The notes beneath the pieces are model-generated. The model ran no database searches. It was not told the origin of the DNA and saw only the letters and a list, made by a program, of their open reading frames with translations. Made by a program: the position numbers and the translations under genes. A stretch of 64,000 nt of DNA from Octopus vulgaris. Lineage: Eukaryota. The DNA is taken from contig OX597817.1 of the NCBI GenBank assembly GCA_951406725.2, positions 135,532,001 to 135,596,000 on the forward strand, given 5' to 3'. Below are positions 1 through 12,466 of the stretch, piece by piece. Each line of letters starts with the position of its first letter. Position 1 is the stretch's first letter.

Positions 1-660
1 GATGATTCCAGACTCAGGATGAGTGTTGGCTTCATTTCTTTGAGCCAGAGACAAAGAGACAATTCATGTAATGGAAACTGCTCTCCTCACCTGCTCCAAA
101 GAAGGCTAAAATCACTTTATCTGCAGGGAAGGTGATGGCTTCGGTTTAGTGGGATACAAGAAGCATTGTGTTTATTGTCTATCTTCAAAAAAGGCCACAC
201 CATCAATGGAGAGTACCATGCCAACTTACAGAGGCAGTTATGATAGGCAGTCAAGATCAAACACCCAGGGAAACTGACAAAAGGGGTCTTGTTTCATCAG
301 GACAATGTTCCAGCACACAAGTCCTTGGTTTCGATGGCTGCTGTGCAGACTGTGGCTTTGAACTGGTTGATCACCCTCCCTATTCTTCAGATTTGGCCCC
401 ATCTAACTATCATCTGTTCCCCAACATGAAAAGTTACTTGGCTGAGAGCCAGCATCATAGTGATGATGACGTCATTATCTGCAGTTAATGAGTTTTGGGG
501 GTAACAGGATGAAAGCTTCATCACCAAAGGGATCTAAATACTGCAAGACCAGTGTAAGTTTGTGGACCACAAGGGGCCTATGTTGGAAAAGGAACCTCAT
601 TTGGACACATTTCATGAGAGTATCTTGGTCAGCCTACAAATTGTTCAGCCAACCATCATA
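1..660 (+). mobile_element. Decayed mariner (Tc1/mariner) transposon, 3' half
   Basis: Frameshifted motifs EPETKRQ, SAGKVMASV.WD, GVLFHQDNVPAH, DHPPYSSDLAPSNYHLFPNMK, then a TIR-like end followed by TA near 660. Confidence 0.85.
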
Positions 661-1510
661 TATAATGTTTTAATTGTTTCAGTTATTAGACTGTGGCCAT
701 ACTGGGGCAACACCACCTTCAAGAATTTTAGCTGAATGAATCAGCCTTGGTACTTGATTTTATTCAAAGCCTGGTACTTATTATTTTGCTCTTTTGCTGA
801 ACTGCTAAGTTAAAGGGGTGTAAACAAACCAGCACCAGTTGTCAAGTAGTGGTGTGGGTGGGGACAAACACACACAAAGACACACATGCACACACACATA
901 TACGACGGGCTTCTTTCAGTTTCTGTATGCCAAATCTACTCACAAGACTTTGGTGTCTATAGTAGTAAACACTTGCCCAAGGTGCCATGTAGTGGGACTG
1001 AACTCAGATCAATGTGGTTGGAAAGCAAACTTCTTACCACACAGCCAGGCCTGCACATATCATCATCATCATCATCGTTTAACGTCCACCTTCCATGCTA
1101 ACACAACTCACCACAACATTACATCAAGAACCTCACTCCCACCCCACCCCCATGAATATAACTTTGGGATGTCAGATGAATTCGTTCGTTTTTCCCCCGT
1201 TTATTTTAATCCTTTCCAATGTTATTTGAATTAACACAAAAATATATTTCTATTGAAGTGTTTTATGGGGGTGGGGTAGCCCACTCCTTACAACATTTGT
1301 TCATTGTTTTTGAAATTTGAATGAATTTAACCTATTTTCAGACATATGACAATGGAGTAGCAACTAGAAAGGAAAAACAATTCTTTTCTACTCTAGGCAC
1401 AAGGCACAAAATTTTTTGGGGGGGGGGAGGGGGGCAGTCGATTACATCAACCCCGTATGCAACTGGTACTTAATTTATCAACTCCGAAAGGATGAAAGGC
1501 AAAGTCGCAA

Positions 1511-1796
1511 TGATCCAAAGATCCTGTCTTCTCCATCTCGAATAAGGGCCCAGTGCTGTAACAGCTTGCTAAATAACCTTAGAGGTTTGTGAGGTGCAGA
1601 TGTGGAGGTCTTCAAAGAGCATCTGGGCAAATTTTGATCAGAGATACCAGATGAACCCACATTGTGGTAGGAGACACAAAGAAGAGCAGCTCCGTCCAAC
1701 TTCACAAAAAAACTGCACAGAAAAGAAAGCCAAACACACTGAAACGTAGTGCTCCAGCAAGGCCCCAGCCTCTGGCTGAAACCAACAAAAGATAAA
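1511..1796 (+). mobile_element. 3' end of CR1/L2-like LINE
   Basis: Degraded GP.L.N.L..NLR...VEVFK.HL....IPDEP, the same C-terminal motif seen at 46.6-46.7 kb, followed by the tail gtgctccagcaaggccccagcctctggctgaaacc. Confidence 0.55.
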
Positions 1797-1943
1797 ATTT
1801 TTCTGACAACACAGGACATCAACAACATCCCCCACCCACCCCTCACTACTACAATACAGCTGGATCCTGGTACAACAACAGATTCCAAACCAATAAACAT
1901 TACAAAGTTTCTTACTGAAACCAAACAAAACACAAACACTTAC

Positions 1944-2085
1944 TGGTTTGAACAATCTTCAGATCTTTTCTCTTCGTCGTTATCATCTGATTTTCCTTGA
2001 TGACTACTGTTGTTTGAAGTGGAGTTACCCAACTGCAGTTGTTGCTTGTAAAACGCTATCTGTTTGTCATACTTCTCTTGGGAAG
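1944..2085 (-). CDS. GRIPAP1: GRIPAP1 homolog exon, 142 nt (gene continues left of window)
   Basis: ttgcag|CT TCC...AAC CA|gtaagt. Encodes (A)SQEKYDKQIAFYKQQLQLGNSTSNNSSHQGKSDDNDEEKRSEDCSN; phase 1 matches the previous exon and the frame is open. Confidence 0.8.
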
Positions 2086-2374
2086 CTGCAAAATTAAATA
2101 ACCACATTTCAACACTGGCCCAAGTACAGAAATATAGAATTTCACCTTTTAACTCTAACTTCTTTGAAATGACCTTCCCTCAAAACTGAAACTCCACATT
2201 AGCTATCTTTTACTGACATCAGGTTTTCATCCTCACTGTAACTTCCCTTCCCTGTCACTGGTTGGTCTTCCTTAAACCCCTTTTAGCAGTTTACTCTATA
2301 ACATGTAATGTTTTTTTATTGATAATATTTTGAATTAATCGGGTGTTATTCCATACATTTGAAATTTCAATGAT

Positions 2375-2546
2375 GTTACAGTTCGATAAGAGATGAGGAA
2401 TTATTTACATTATTTACATTTGACGGATATTTGTCCTCATCTTGTTTGTTGTTAACAAAACGTTTCAGCTGATATACCCTCCAGCCTTCATCAGGTGTCT
2501 TGGAGAAATTTCGAACCTGGGTTCTCATTCCTAAGGTATTTTTCGA

Positions 2547-2581
<35 letters not shown>

Positions 2582-2875
2582 TCAGGTCACTACCTGGAAT
2601 CATAATCAGTATCTTGGGGTTAGTAGTCCACACTCTTAACCACTACGCCATATGGCATAATGGTTAAGAGCACAGGCTACTAACCCCAAGATTCCAAGTT
2701 CGATTCCAGGCAGTGACCTGAATAATAATAATGATAATATTAATAATAACAACATCGAAAAGTACCTTAGGAATGAGAATCCAGGTTCAAAATTTCTCCA
2801 AGAGGGTATATCAGTAGAAATGTTGTGTTAGCAACAAACAAGATGAGGACAAATATCCATCCAATGTAAATAATG
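2375..2875. mobile_element. Head-to-head palindromic element: tRNA-like head + (AAT)n + hammerhead motif
   Basis: Arms are reverse complements centred on gccatatggc (~2650). Direct repeat tttcaatgat at 2365-2374 and 2876-2885. A/B-box-like motifs present. Confidence 0.75.
2454..2499 (-). ncRNA. Minimal type I hammerhead ribozyme motif
   Basis: Minus strand gacac-CTGATGA-a-ggctg(gagggtatat)cagct-GAAA-CG-TT-ttgtt. One stem I mismatch; the other arm has gtgtt. Confidence 0.65.
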
Positions 2876-3004
2876 TTTCAATGATATATTGTTTATTTTC
2901 AGAATGACATTACAGGTAAAGTGTGATAGGCTAGATCTGGCTGGTTCGAATATAAAACAGAATATTTGGGCCTGATAAGGATAATTTAAATGCTAAAGGG
3001 TTAA

Positions 3005-3400
3005 AGTATCTGCCCTCTCTTGTACCTTAGGCCCTTCTCAAAATAACTACCCACCCCTCTCATATACCCTATGCGCTCTTTAAAGTACCTGCCTTCTTCT
3101 GTACTCCATCTCTTTTTCAAACTAAACTGACCTTCACCCCCCCCCCATACACCATGTGCTCCTCAAAGTAGCTGTCCTCTCCTGAACTGAATGTCTCTCT
3201 CAAAATAACTGCCTTCTACTGACACCAGGCACTCTTTCCCAAAGCATTTGCCTCCTCTTGTACCTCATGTCCTTCTCAAAGACACTGCCCTCTCCTCTCC
3301 TCTTATTCTTTTGTCCTTCTCGAAGAAGCTGCCCTCTCAAGGACACAATGTCCTCCTCAAAGATATCCAAATGTCAAACTTCGTATTCTGTAATGAACTT
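3005..3400. repeat. Degenerate ~38-40 bp pyrimidine-rich minisatellite
   Basis: Recurring ctcaaagta(c/g)ctgccctctc(c/t)tgtacc-like units. Confidence 0.45.
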
Positions 3401-3594
3401 TCTTGGAACATTCCACCTTCATAACCTAGATACAACTGCATCCTAAACACAAATGTTTCTCTTCAGAACCTTAAAGTACTCTGATCAATTGCTGAGTTTC
3501 AGCAAAGCACAAATAAGACCCACAATGGTCTCCTATTTAAGATGAAGACCCCCTACACACACAATATATAAACAATAACATAATATTGATTTCA

Positions 3595-5003
3595 AATTTT
3601 GGAACAAGGCCAGCAATTTCAAGGGAGGGGGTAAGTTGATTACACTAACCCCCCGCAATCAACTGGAACTTATTGACCTCGAAAGGATGAAAGGTAAAGC
3701 TGACCACGGCAGAATTTGAACTCAGAGTGTAGAGACATGCAAAATACCACTCAGCATTTTGTCCAGCTTGCTAAGGATTCTGCCAGCTCGCCACCTTATT
3801 AAATAAAAATTCTTTCTACTGGAGGCACAAAGCCTCAAATTTGAGGGGAAGGGATTAAGTCGATTACATTGACCCCAGTGTGTAACTAGTACATATCTAA
3901 TCAACCCCTAAAGGATGAAAGGCAAATTCAACCTCAGCGGAATTTGAACTCAGAACAGAGCATCAGGCGAAATATCGCTAAGCATTTCATCCAGTGTCCT
4001 GACAATTGTGCCAGCTCACCACCTTAGTAAATAACAATAATAATAATAATAATAATAATTTCTATAATATTTATTTAGATATATTATAAAATTTGATATG
4101 CTAACTTAATCATTAAAATTTCCTCAGATAGAGCACTTTCAATATATAGCTTAATCGTACTTTAGATATTTAATATTTTTAAATATATTTGTAATTTTTA
4201 TTTTTAATATAATTTTTAACTTTAACCCGTACATAGTAACAATATACATAGCCTGAGGACGCACTGGTAGATTTATGTATTAAGTATAGTCTTAATACAC
4301 ACCCCACCAGCACAGAAACATGTATAGCGATTACATGCACTATCTTCTTTCCTCACAGATTAACAACAGATAAGATATATTTATTTAACTAATTTTATTT
4401 TATGCTATTTTAATTTTTTTTAATTTTCTCTACATATACCATACCATGAGGATATCCTGAAATAGGAGTTGCTTATCTATTGGTAAATATCCCAAATTTG
4501 TAATAATATTATAAAATATACTTTTTACATTTCATTAAAAAGTGTAAAAAAGTAAACTTCCTGATAACCTGGAATACTTGTTATTCCCTAATATATTATT
4601 AATAATAATCCTTTCTACTATAGGCACAATAACTGAAATGGGGGGGGGGGCAGTCGATTAGATCGACCCCAGTATGCAATTGGTACCTAATTTATCAACT
4701 CTAAAAGGATGAAAGGCAAAGTCAACCTCGGCAGCATTTGCACTCAGAACATAAAGACAGACAAAATACCTACTTCTTTACTACCCACAAGGGGCTAAAC
4801 ACAGAGGGAACAAACAAGGACAGACAAACGGATCAAGTCGATTATATCGACCCCAGTGCGTAACTGGTACTTATTTAATCGACCCTGAAAGGATGAAAGG
4901 CAAAGTCGACCTCGGCGGAATTTGAACTCAGAACGTAGCGGCAGACGAAATACCGTTAAGCATTTCGCCCGGCATGATAACGATTCTTCCAGCTCGCTGC
5001 CTT
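3595..5003 (-). mobile_element. Cluster of tRNA-derived SINE family A copies (~3595-3800, ~3808-4026, ~4610-5003)
   Basis: Reverse complement of aaggcggcgagctggcagaa...gagttcaaattccgccgaggtcgactttgcctttcatcctttcggggtcgat; B-box-like GAGTTCAAATT. Confidence 0.8.
4251..4328 (+). ncRNA. Hammerhead-like motif with extended stem II (degenerate)
   Basis: CTGAGGA-c-gcactggt...accagcac-a-GAAA-CATG-TA, with internal hairpin tgtattaag/cttaataca; stem I poorly paired. Confidence 0.4.
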
Positions 5004-5216
5004 ACACCTAGAAAATATTGTCACCCAATTGAGAGGTTTTGAAAAACGTCAGTCCAACCCTGTTTGAATATTTCCACAAACTTCTCAATCAATCTTTAAA
5101 TAAGCATTCTCTTCTACAGCATATCCAAGATGTCAACCGCTAAGCATTTCGCCTGGCGTGCTAACAGTTCTGCCAGCTCACTGCCTTCAATAATAATAAT
5201 AATAATAATAATAATA

Positions 5217-5500
5217 GCTCAGATATCAGGAAACCCCAAAATGGCAGAAATTCAAAAGATAGTGCTCATGGGAACTGCTCATATCCTACGCAAAATACTC
5301 TCTATGTAATCCCAAGGTTTAAAAAAAACTTTTTTTTTTTAAATTTTATTTTTATGTATTAGACATTCACTAGTACAACACCAAAAAAAAAAAAAAAAAA
5401 CCCAAATATATGGCACAGAACTTCCAACCTGTTGTCTCTTGAGGTCTCTGGGTGAGACTTGGAGCCAACTTGTACAGACATAAAGCAAAAGTCAAACATA
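5217..5500 (+). mobile_element. R4/Dong-like non-LTR retrotransposon 3' fragment in (TAA)n
   Basis: AQISGNPKMAEIQKIVLMGTAHILRKILSM* resembles the R4/Dong C-terminus; (TAA)n on both flanks. Confidence 0.65.
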
Positions 5501-5591
5501 GAATAATAATAATAATAATCTATAGAAGACTATAACAACAGAGAGAGAGAGAGAGAGAGAGAAAGAAAGAAGGAAAGAAAGAAAGAGAAAC

Positions 5592-5754
5592 CTTTGAGAG
5601 TTTTCTGCAGAGCTGAGTTTTGTGCTTGAACTCGTCGAACTTCATCTTCGAGATCATTAATAATGGCAGAACTAAATGAAGAGGTATCGGGGCCACTGGG
5701 TTTATCTTTTGAAGAGGAGAGTCGTTTCTCTAATTCTTCATTGCACGAAACAAG
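5592..5754 (-). CDS. GRIPAP1: GRIPAP1 homolog exon, 163 nt
   Basis: ttgcag|CTT...AAA G|gtttct. Encodes LVSCNEELEKRLSSSKDKPSGPDTSSFSSAIINDLEDEVRRVQAQNSALQKTLK (coiled-coil-like); lies within ORF 5530..5760; phase 0 in, phase 1 out. Confidence 0.85.
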
Positions 5755-5987
5755 CTGCAAAGGTATAAAAACAAAAAAAAAAAAAAAGAGACATCATCAT
5801 CACCATCATCGTTATCATCATCATTATCATCATTATTATCGTTATTATTATACTTCTTACAATCTCTCAATCTTACTTGCTCAGGTTGATTCTGTGAAAA
5901 GTATTCTGACCTTGGTCACGTATATGCCATGGAAACCGGATAGCCGACTCTGGGAGTCCCAGGACTCAAGACAGTAATGTCCAAGAG

Positions 5988-6178
5988 TTGATGATGATGA
6001 TGGTTGTGATGGTGGTGGTGATGGTGATGGTGGTGGTGGTGGTGGTGGTGGTGATGATAATGGTGATGATGATGATGGTGGGGATGATGATAATGGTGAT
6101 GATGATGATGGTGGTGGAGACTATGGTGGTGATGAAGGTGGTGGTGGTGGTGGCATTAGTGGTGATGATGGTAATGAT
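5988..6178. repeat. (GAT/GGT)n trinucleotide microsatellite in intron
   Basis: Directly visible; produces the M/V-rich ORF. Confidence 0.9.
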
Positions 6179-6331
6179 CTTTTATAAATTTCAAATGAGA
6201 TCCTTCGTCGACATTCACAGACAGACAATTGCGCCCGTAAGCGGGGTAAAAAGGGCCTGACTATCATCTGTCACCAGATGTCAAAGATCGGCAGACAATT
6301 CTAGCAGAGAGATGGAACCGTTTCTACTCAC

Positions 6332-6439
6332 GTGAGATAATTCCTGCATAAGAGTTTCATTCTGTAAGCGAAATTCATCTTCTTGGCTTTGCAGCTTCCT
6401 TTGTAAACCTGAATTCTCTTGGATGAGTAATTCAACATC
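6332..6439 (-). CDS. GRIPAP1: GRIPAP1 homolog exon, 108 nt
   Basis: ttttag|GAT...CAC|gtgagt. Encodes DVELLIQENSGLQRKLQSQEDEFRLQNETLMQELSH, closely matching recalled [36 protein letters not shown]. Confidence 0.92.
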
Positions 6440-6754
6440 CTAAAAACGGGGAAAACAAGAAAAAATGGTGAGAGAGAGAAAAAAAAAATCAAAATTGCAA
6501 GAAATGTAAAGAATCTATTATCTCTTACTTTTTTACTTGTTTCAGTCATTTGACTGTAGCCATGCTGGGGCACCACACTGAAGAGTTTTTTGTTGAAAGA
6601 ATCAACCCCCACAACTTGTTTTTGTGTGTTTTTTTGTTTAAACCTGGTACTTATTCTGTCAGTCTCTTTTGGTGAACCACTATGTCATAGGGATGTAAAC
6701 CCACCAACACCAGTTTTCAAGTGGTGAGGGGTACAAACACAGAAGACACACACA

Positions 6755-6820
<66 letters not shown>

Positions 6821-6823
<3 letters not shown>

Positions 6824-8196
6824 TCATCGTCATCGTTTAACGTCCGTTTTCTATGCTAGCATGGGTTGGACGGTTCGACCGGGGTCTGGGAAACCAGGAG
6901 GCTGCACCAGGCACCAGTCTGATCTGGCAAAGTTTCTATACCTGGATGCCCTTCCTAATGCCAACCACTCCAAGAGTGTAGTGGGTACTTTTTTCGTGCC
7001 ACCGGCACAGGGGCCAGGGCAGACTGGCAAACAGCCACAATCGGTTGGTGCTTTTTACGTGCCACTGACACGGATGCCAGTCAGGCCACGCTGGCATCAG
7101 CCACGTTCGGACGGTGCTTTTAACGTGTCACCAGCACGGGTATCTTAACTACAATGTCCATTTGATTTTCATTTTGATGTTGGTGTTAACGTACTTGACT
7201 CAATAGGTCTCCTCAAGTCTACGATTCAAGGTTAGCACAGCAGGCCGTCCTGCAAGCCATGAACTCACTTCATTTGTCAGGTAGGGAGGTCAGAGCATAT
7301 CTCCAGAGGTCTCGGTCTTTCGTCATAGCCTCTGTGAGGCTCAACGTACAAAGGTCATGCTTGACCACCTCATCCCATGTCTTCCTGGGTCTACTTCTAC
7401 CCCGGATTCCTTCAATAGTTTGGGAGTAGCACTTCTTCACACATCTCTCCTCATATATATATATATATCATCATCACCATCATTTAACGTCTGCTTTCCA
7501 TGCAAGCATGGGTTGGACGATTTTGACTGAGGGCTGGCGAGCCAGATGGATGCACCAGGTTCCAATCTTGATCTGGCAGAGTTTCTACAGCTGGATGCCC
7601 TTCCTAATGCCAACCACTCCGAGAGTGTATTGGGTGCTTTTTACGTACCACTGGCATGGGGGCCAGTCAGGTGGTACTGGCAATGACCTCGCTTGAATCT
7701 TTTTACACATGCCACCAGCACAGGTGCCAGTAAGGCGATGCTGGTAACGATCACACTCGAATGGTGCCCTTTTACGTGCCACCGGCATGGAAGCCAGTTA
7801 GCCACTCTGGCAATGATCATGCTCAGATGGTGCTCTTAACACCCTACTAGCATGGGGTACAAGTGTCAGTAAGGCGAAGCTAGTAATGATCGCACTCGAA
7901 TGGTGCCTTTTATGTGCCACTGGCACGGAAGCCGGTTAGCCGCTCTGTCAACGATCACGCTCGTATGGTGCTCGTGCCTGTCATCGAATTTCACTTTGAT
8001 TTTGATTTCGATTTCACTTGCCTCAACAGGTCTTCGCAAGCAGAGCATAGTGTCCAAAGAAGGAAAAGGTACACACAAGTGGCTGGTTACGCCCCTGGCA
8101 CAGGCCACGAGGTTATGGTCACATTTGGCTTGCCGGGTCTTCTCAAGCACATCATATTTCCAAAGGTCTCAGTCACTAGTCATTTCCTTGGTGAGG
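6821..8196 (-). mobile_element. Two 5'-truncated RTE 3'-end copies ((GAT)n tail, tandem 3' UTR units, ORF2 end)
   Basis: catcatcgtttaacgtccg start on +. 7300-7450 encodes GRSRPRKTWDEVVKHDL on minus, as in the 47.3-47.4 kb LINE. Confidence 0.8.
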
Positions 8197-8458
8197 AATA
8201 ATTGGTTAGTTTAGTTATTAGCCAAACATGGATGATGTTTAGGACAATAAACCTTCCTAAACATCATTAAAGACCAAATGTTCTAAGTTCCAAATTTCAG
8301 TTTAGCTTTACCAGAAGAAAAATAAGATAGTTATAATAAGAAACATATACCAAAATTTTCATTCAGTTAGCTGCCATTACAAAATGTCTAAATGGGAACT
8401 GATAAGGGCAGACTAAGAACATGACTAAAAATCAACATTCATATCATAAACCTCAATC

Positions 8459-9048
8459 TTAACCATTTTTTGGTATCAACCGACCTGAAACAGCTCCTGA
8501 TTCTTTCCTATTCAAATTTCCTGTCTTAAAATGATCTAAATTTAAAACTTCCATCAAACTTTCATGTTTATTTATATTCTAAGCACCAACTTTACCATTT
8601 TGTTGGGGTTAAGGTTATTCCTGTTGAAAGACACTGCTTTTGTTTCTATTAATTTCAAAAATAACGAACAATTAGTGAAATAACTTTGTCATTATTAAGC
8701 TGTTATTTGAAGTGAGCTGGCAGAACCGTTAGCATGCCGGGCGAAATGCATAGCCGTATTTCGTCTGCCATAACGTTCTGAGTTCAAATTCCGCTGAGGT
8801 CGACTTTGCCTTTCATCCTTTTGGGGTCGATAAATTAAGTACCAGTTATGCACTGGGGTCGATGTAATCGACTTAATCCGTTTGTCTGTCCTTGTCTGTC
8901 CTCTTTGTGTTTAGCCCCTTGTGGGTAGTAAAAAAATAGGTATTTAAAACTTGGATTAACATGAAATTTTGAAAGATCACTTAAAACAGGAAAATATCTA
9001 TCATAGAACCAAGGATGGTCTCAGATAGGCTGGTATCAAAAGGGTTAA
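8459..9048. mobile_element. TTAA MITE containing a SINE A insertion (~8710-8945)
   Basis: Ends ttaaccattttttggtatc / ggtatcaaaagggttaa. Confidence 0.5.
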
Positions 9049-9481
9049 CTATGACAAAGTTATTTTATCAAAATCTTCATCATTGAGAAAATTAATGAAA
9101 ACGAAGCCAGTATATTCCAACAGAAATAAGTTGACAAACGGATTTGTCATAAGTGTTAGAATGAAGAATGAATCATGTTAGCACTTAAGACAACTGTTTG
9201 GGTTTTTTCTTTTTTCCTTTTAAGATTTGGTAGTTCTACTAGCAACTGAAGCAAGTCATAAATATTCTCTTGTAGCTCTTGTGAGCTGGATTAATGCCAA
9301 AATTGAATGGTACAGTTCACAAATGTTAGGAATTAGCAACAAATGAAGGGAATAATTGGCTAGTTTAGGTGTTAATCACACATTAATTATATTTATTGAT
9401 GTCAATTGTATTTAGTGTTGTTCACAAGACTGAGGTGGTAGGGAGAAATAATAGTTTAGCAGACAGTGGTATATCATCATC

Positions 9482-9716
9482 AAGGCGGTGAGCTGGCAGA
9501 AATGTTAGCATGCTGGGCGAAATGCTTAGCGGTATTTCATGTGCCGTTACGTTCTGGGTTCAAATTCCGCCGAGGTTGACTTTGCCTTTCATACTTTCGG
9601 GGTCGATTAAATAAGTACCAGTTACGTACTGGGGTCAATGTAATCGACTTAATCCATGTGTCTGTCCATGCTTGTCCCCTCTATGTTTAGCCCCTTGTGA
9701 GCAATAAAGAAATAAG
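9482..9716 (+). mobile_element. tRNA-derived SINE family A, near full-length
   Basis: aaggcggtgagctggcagaa head, gggttcaaattcc B-box-like motif, gcctttcatactttcggggtcgat core. Confidence 0.85.
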
Positions 9717-12414
9717 TATATCATCATCATCATCATCACCATTTGATGTCCACTTTTCTACACTTGCATGAGTCAGATAGAATTTGTTGAGGTAGATTTT
9801 CTATGGCTGGATGCCCTTTCTGTCACCAACCCTCGTATTTCCAGGCAGGATATTTCTCATGGCCAGGCTTTTGTTTATTTTTTTTCCACAGAAGACTGGA
9901 AACAAACAACACTGCTTGTATGACAGTGATGCTTGTTTACAATCATCGCATGGTGTTAGGACAAGGGGACACACATACAACATCATCATCATCAATGTCC
10001 ATTTTCCCTGGACTGTCATGGGCTGGACAGTTTGACAGGAGCTGGCAAACTGGAGAGACACACCAGGCTCCAACTGCCTGCTTTGGCCCTGGTTTCTACA
10101 GCTGGATACCCTTCCTAACACCAACCACTTTGCAGAATATACTGGGTGCTTTTTATGTGGAATAAGGACAGGTGCTTTCTATGGGGCACCAGCACCAGCC
10201 AGTTGCCAAGTAGCTTGCAAGACAAAGACCCCTAAACAGGGAAAGGATGTGGAACTGAGGGAAATGGCTGTGCCAGGCGAGATGTCAGACTATAACAGAG
10301 GGACATGGATAGTTGCCTTACTATAGTGGGTATACTTCGCTACCCCAGTAGGACAAGGATAGAGAAAAAGGTAGAGACACTCTTTCTTAGACACACACAC
10401 TTTCAGTTTTCATCTACCAATTTCGCATATAAGGTTTTGTTCAACCCAGATCTAAAATGGAAGACACTTAATCAAGGTGCCACACAGTGGAACTGAACCA
10501 AAGACCACATGGTTGGGAAGCAAGCTTCTTAACCAGACAGTGGTATATTAAGGGAAAATGTCATAGTTAAGGTTAACCATAAGGCCAGAAATAACAAAAT
10601 TTAGGTTGGCAACAATAATGAAAGACAGGAATGTCACATCATCATCATCATTTAATGGCCATTTTCCATGCTGGCATGGGTTGGACGATTTGACTGAGAA
10701 CTGGAGAGCCAGAAAGCTGCACCAAGCTCCAATCTAATCTGGCAATGTTTCTACAGCTGAATGCCCTTCCTAATGCCAACTACTCCAGGAGTGTAGTGGG
10801 TGCCACCAGCACAGGAGCCAGTCAGGAGGTACTGGCATCAGCCATTTTTGGATGGTGCTTTTTATGTGCCAATGACACAGGAGCCAGTCAGGGGATACTG
10901 GCATTGGCCATGTTCAGATGCTGCTTTTTACATGCCACCAGCACGGGGGCGCAGTCACGCAGTCCTGGCACCGATCATGTTCAGACAGTGCTTTTTATGT
11001 GCCACCAGCGCAAGAGCCAGTCAGGGGGTACAGGCATCGGCCACGTTCAGATGGTGCTACCGGCAGAGGGGCCAGTCAAGCGGTCCTAGCATCGATCATG
11101 TTCAGATGTTTTCTGAAAATGTCACTGCATTGTACTTGACTGTGGAACCAAGAAACGATGAAATGTATATAAAGACAAAAAAATTCAGAGAAATAGTTGC
11201 TTAAGAGGTTGTCTATCACAATGTGAGCGCAAATATTGTTCCAAACTGGTCGACAAAAGATCAACTTCTAGAGACATCAGCAGCGGCTTTTAATGTCCGT
11301 TTTCCATGCTGGCATGGGTTGGATGGTTTGACAAGAGGCTTGTGAGTGGATGAGGTAGATAGAAAGTGTGTGGAAGCTTGTTTTGTGTGGGGGAGGAGGT
11401 GTCTCCCTTACTGCTTGACAACCAATGTTGCTTTGTTTACATCCCTGTAACTTAGCAATTTAACAAGAAACCAAATAGAATAAGCACCACACTTTTAAAA
11501 TAGCCATTGGGGATTGATTTGTTCAACTAAACCTGTCAAGGCAATGCTCCAGCATGGCCACAGTTCACTAATTGAAACAAGTAAAAGATAAAATAATATC
11601 TTGCTCTTAGAAATTTTCCTGATTTTCTTTTTGCTATTTTTTTTTTTCTTCTGTCATTGACATTTTGCATTTCAGATCTCAAAAGACCAGCAGCTTTTAT
11701 GGTAAACGATGTGATTCCGGTCATTACAAATAACGAGAAGATAAGGAGTTGGATGAAAACCACCAGACTGGAAAGTCCAGATTCAGTTCAGGAAGTATTA
11801 GTTTTACACATATATATATATATTATATATATATATTCTTTTATTCTTTTACTTGTATCAGTCATATGACTGTGGCCATGCTGGAGCAACACCTTTAGTC
11901 AAGCAAATCGACCCCAGGACTTATTCTTTGTAAGCCTAGTACTTATTCTATCGGTGTCTTTTGCTGAACTGCTAAGTTATGGGGGACGTAAACACACCCA
12001 CCAGCATCGGTTGTCAAGCAATGTTGGGGAGAGGGAGGGGGATAAACACAAACATGCAAACATATACACACACATACATATATGTATATATGACTGGCTT
12101 CTTTCAGGTTCCATCTACCAAATCCACTCACAAGGATATATATATATATATATATATAACAAACATAAATGGATTGGTGCACGTATGCTACGATAATAAA
12201 CAGCCGAAATTTGCCATGATGAATCGGTTTCTGACTGAAGAATGAAGGCTCTGAATGACTGTCTGTTTTCCGTGTTCGTCAATTCGTGAATTTCACAGTC
12301 TTTATATATAAAGTTTTATTCTATATATATATATATACATATATATAGGAATTTATTGTGTAATAAGATAAAAAACCAAGGCTGTGTAGATATTAGAGCA
12401 TTTATAGATAGAAG

Positions 12415-12466
12415 GTCTTACAGCTGTTTCTAGGATATTAATTAATTATATCCCTTCATCAGAGAC
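12415..12466 (-). ncRNA. Minimal hammerhead ribozyme motif (GUA triplet, palindromic stem III)
   Basis: Minus strand gtct-CTGATGA-agggatat(aattaatta)atatcct-a-GAAA-CAGCTG-TA-agac; stems I and II pair. Confidence 0.72.

Larger units (their letters stand above)
2272..3004. mobile_element. TTAA-flanked MITE (piggyBac-like ends) interrupted by a palindromic insertion
   Basis: Ends ttaaaccccttttagca / tgctaaagggttaa. Related copies at ~28795-29023, ~38510-38670 and ~40979-41392. Confidence 0.6.

Noticed and set aside
9482-9570. SINE heads as real tRNA genes
   Set aside because: A/B-box-like motifs only; no cloverleaf, and they run into SINE bodies.
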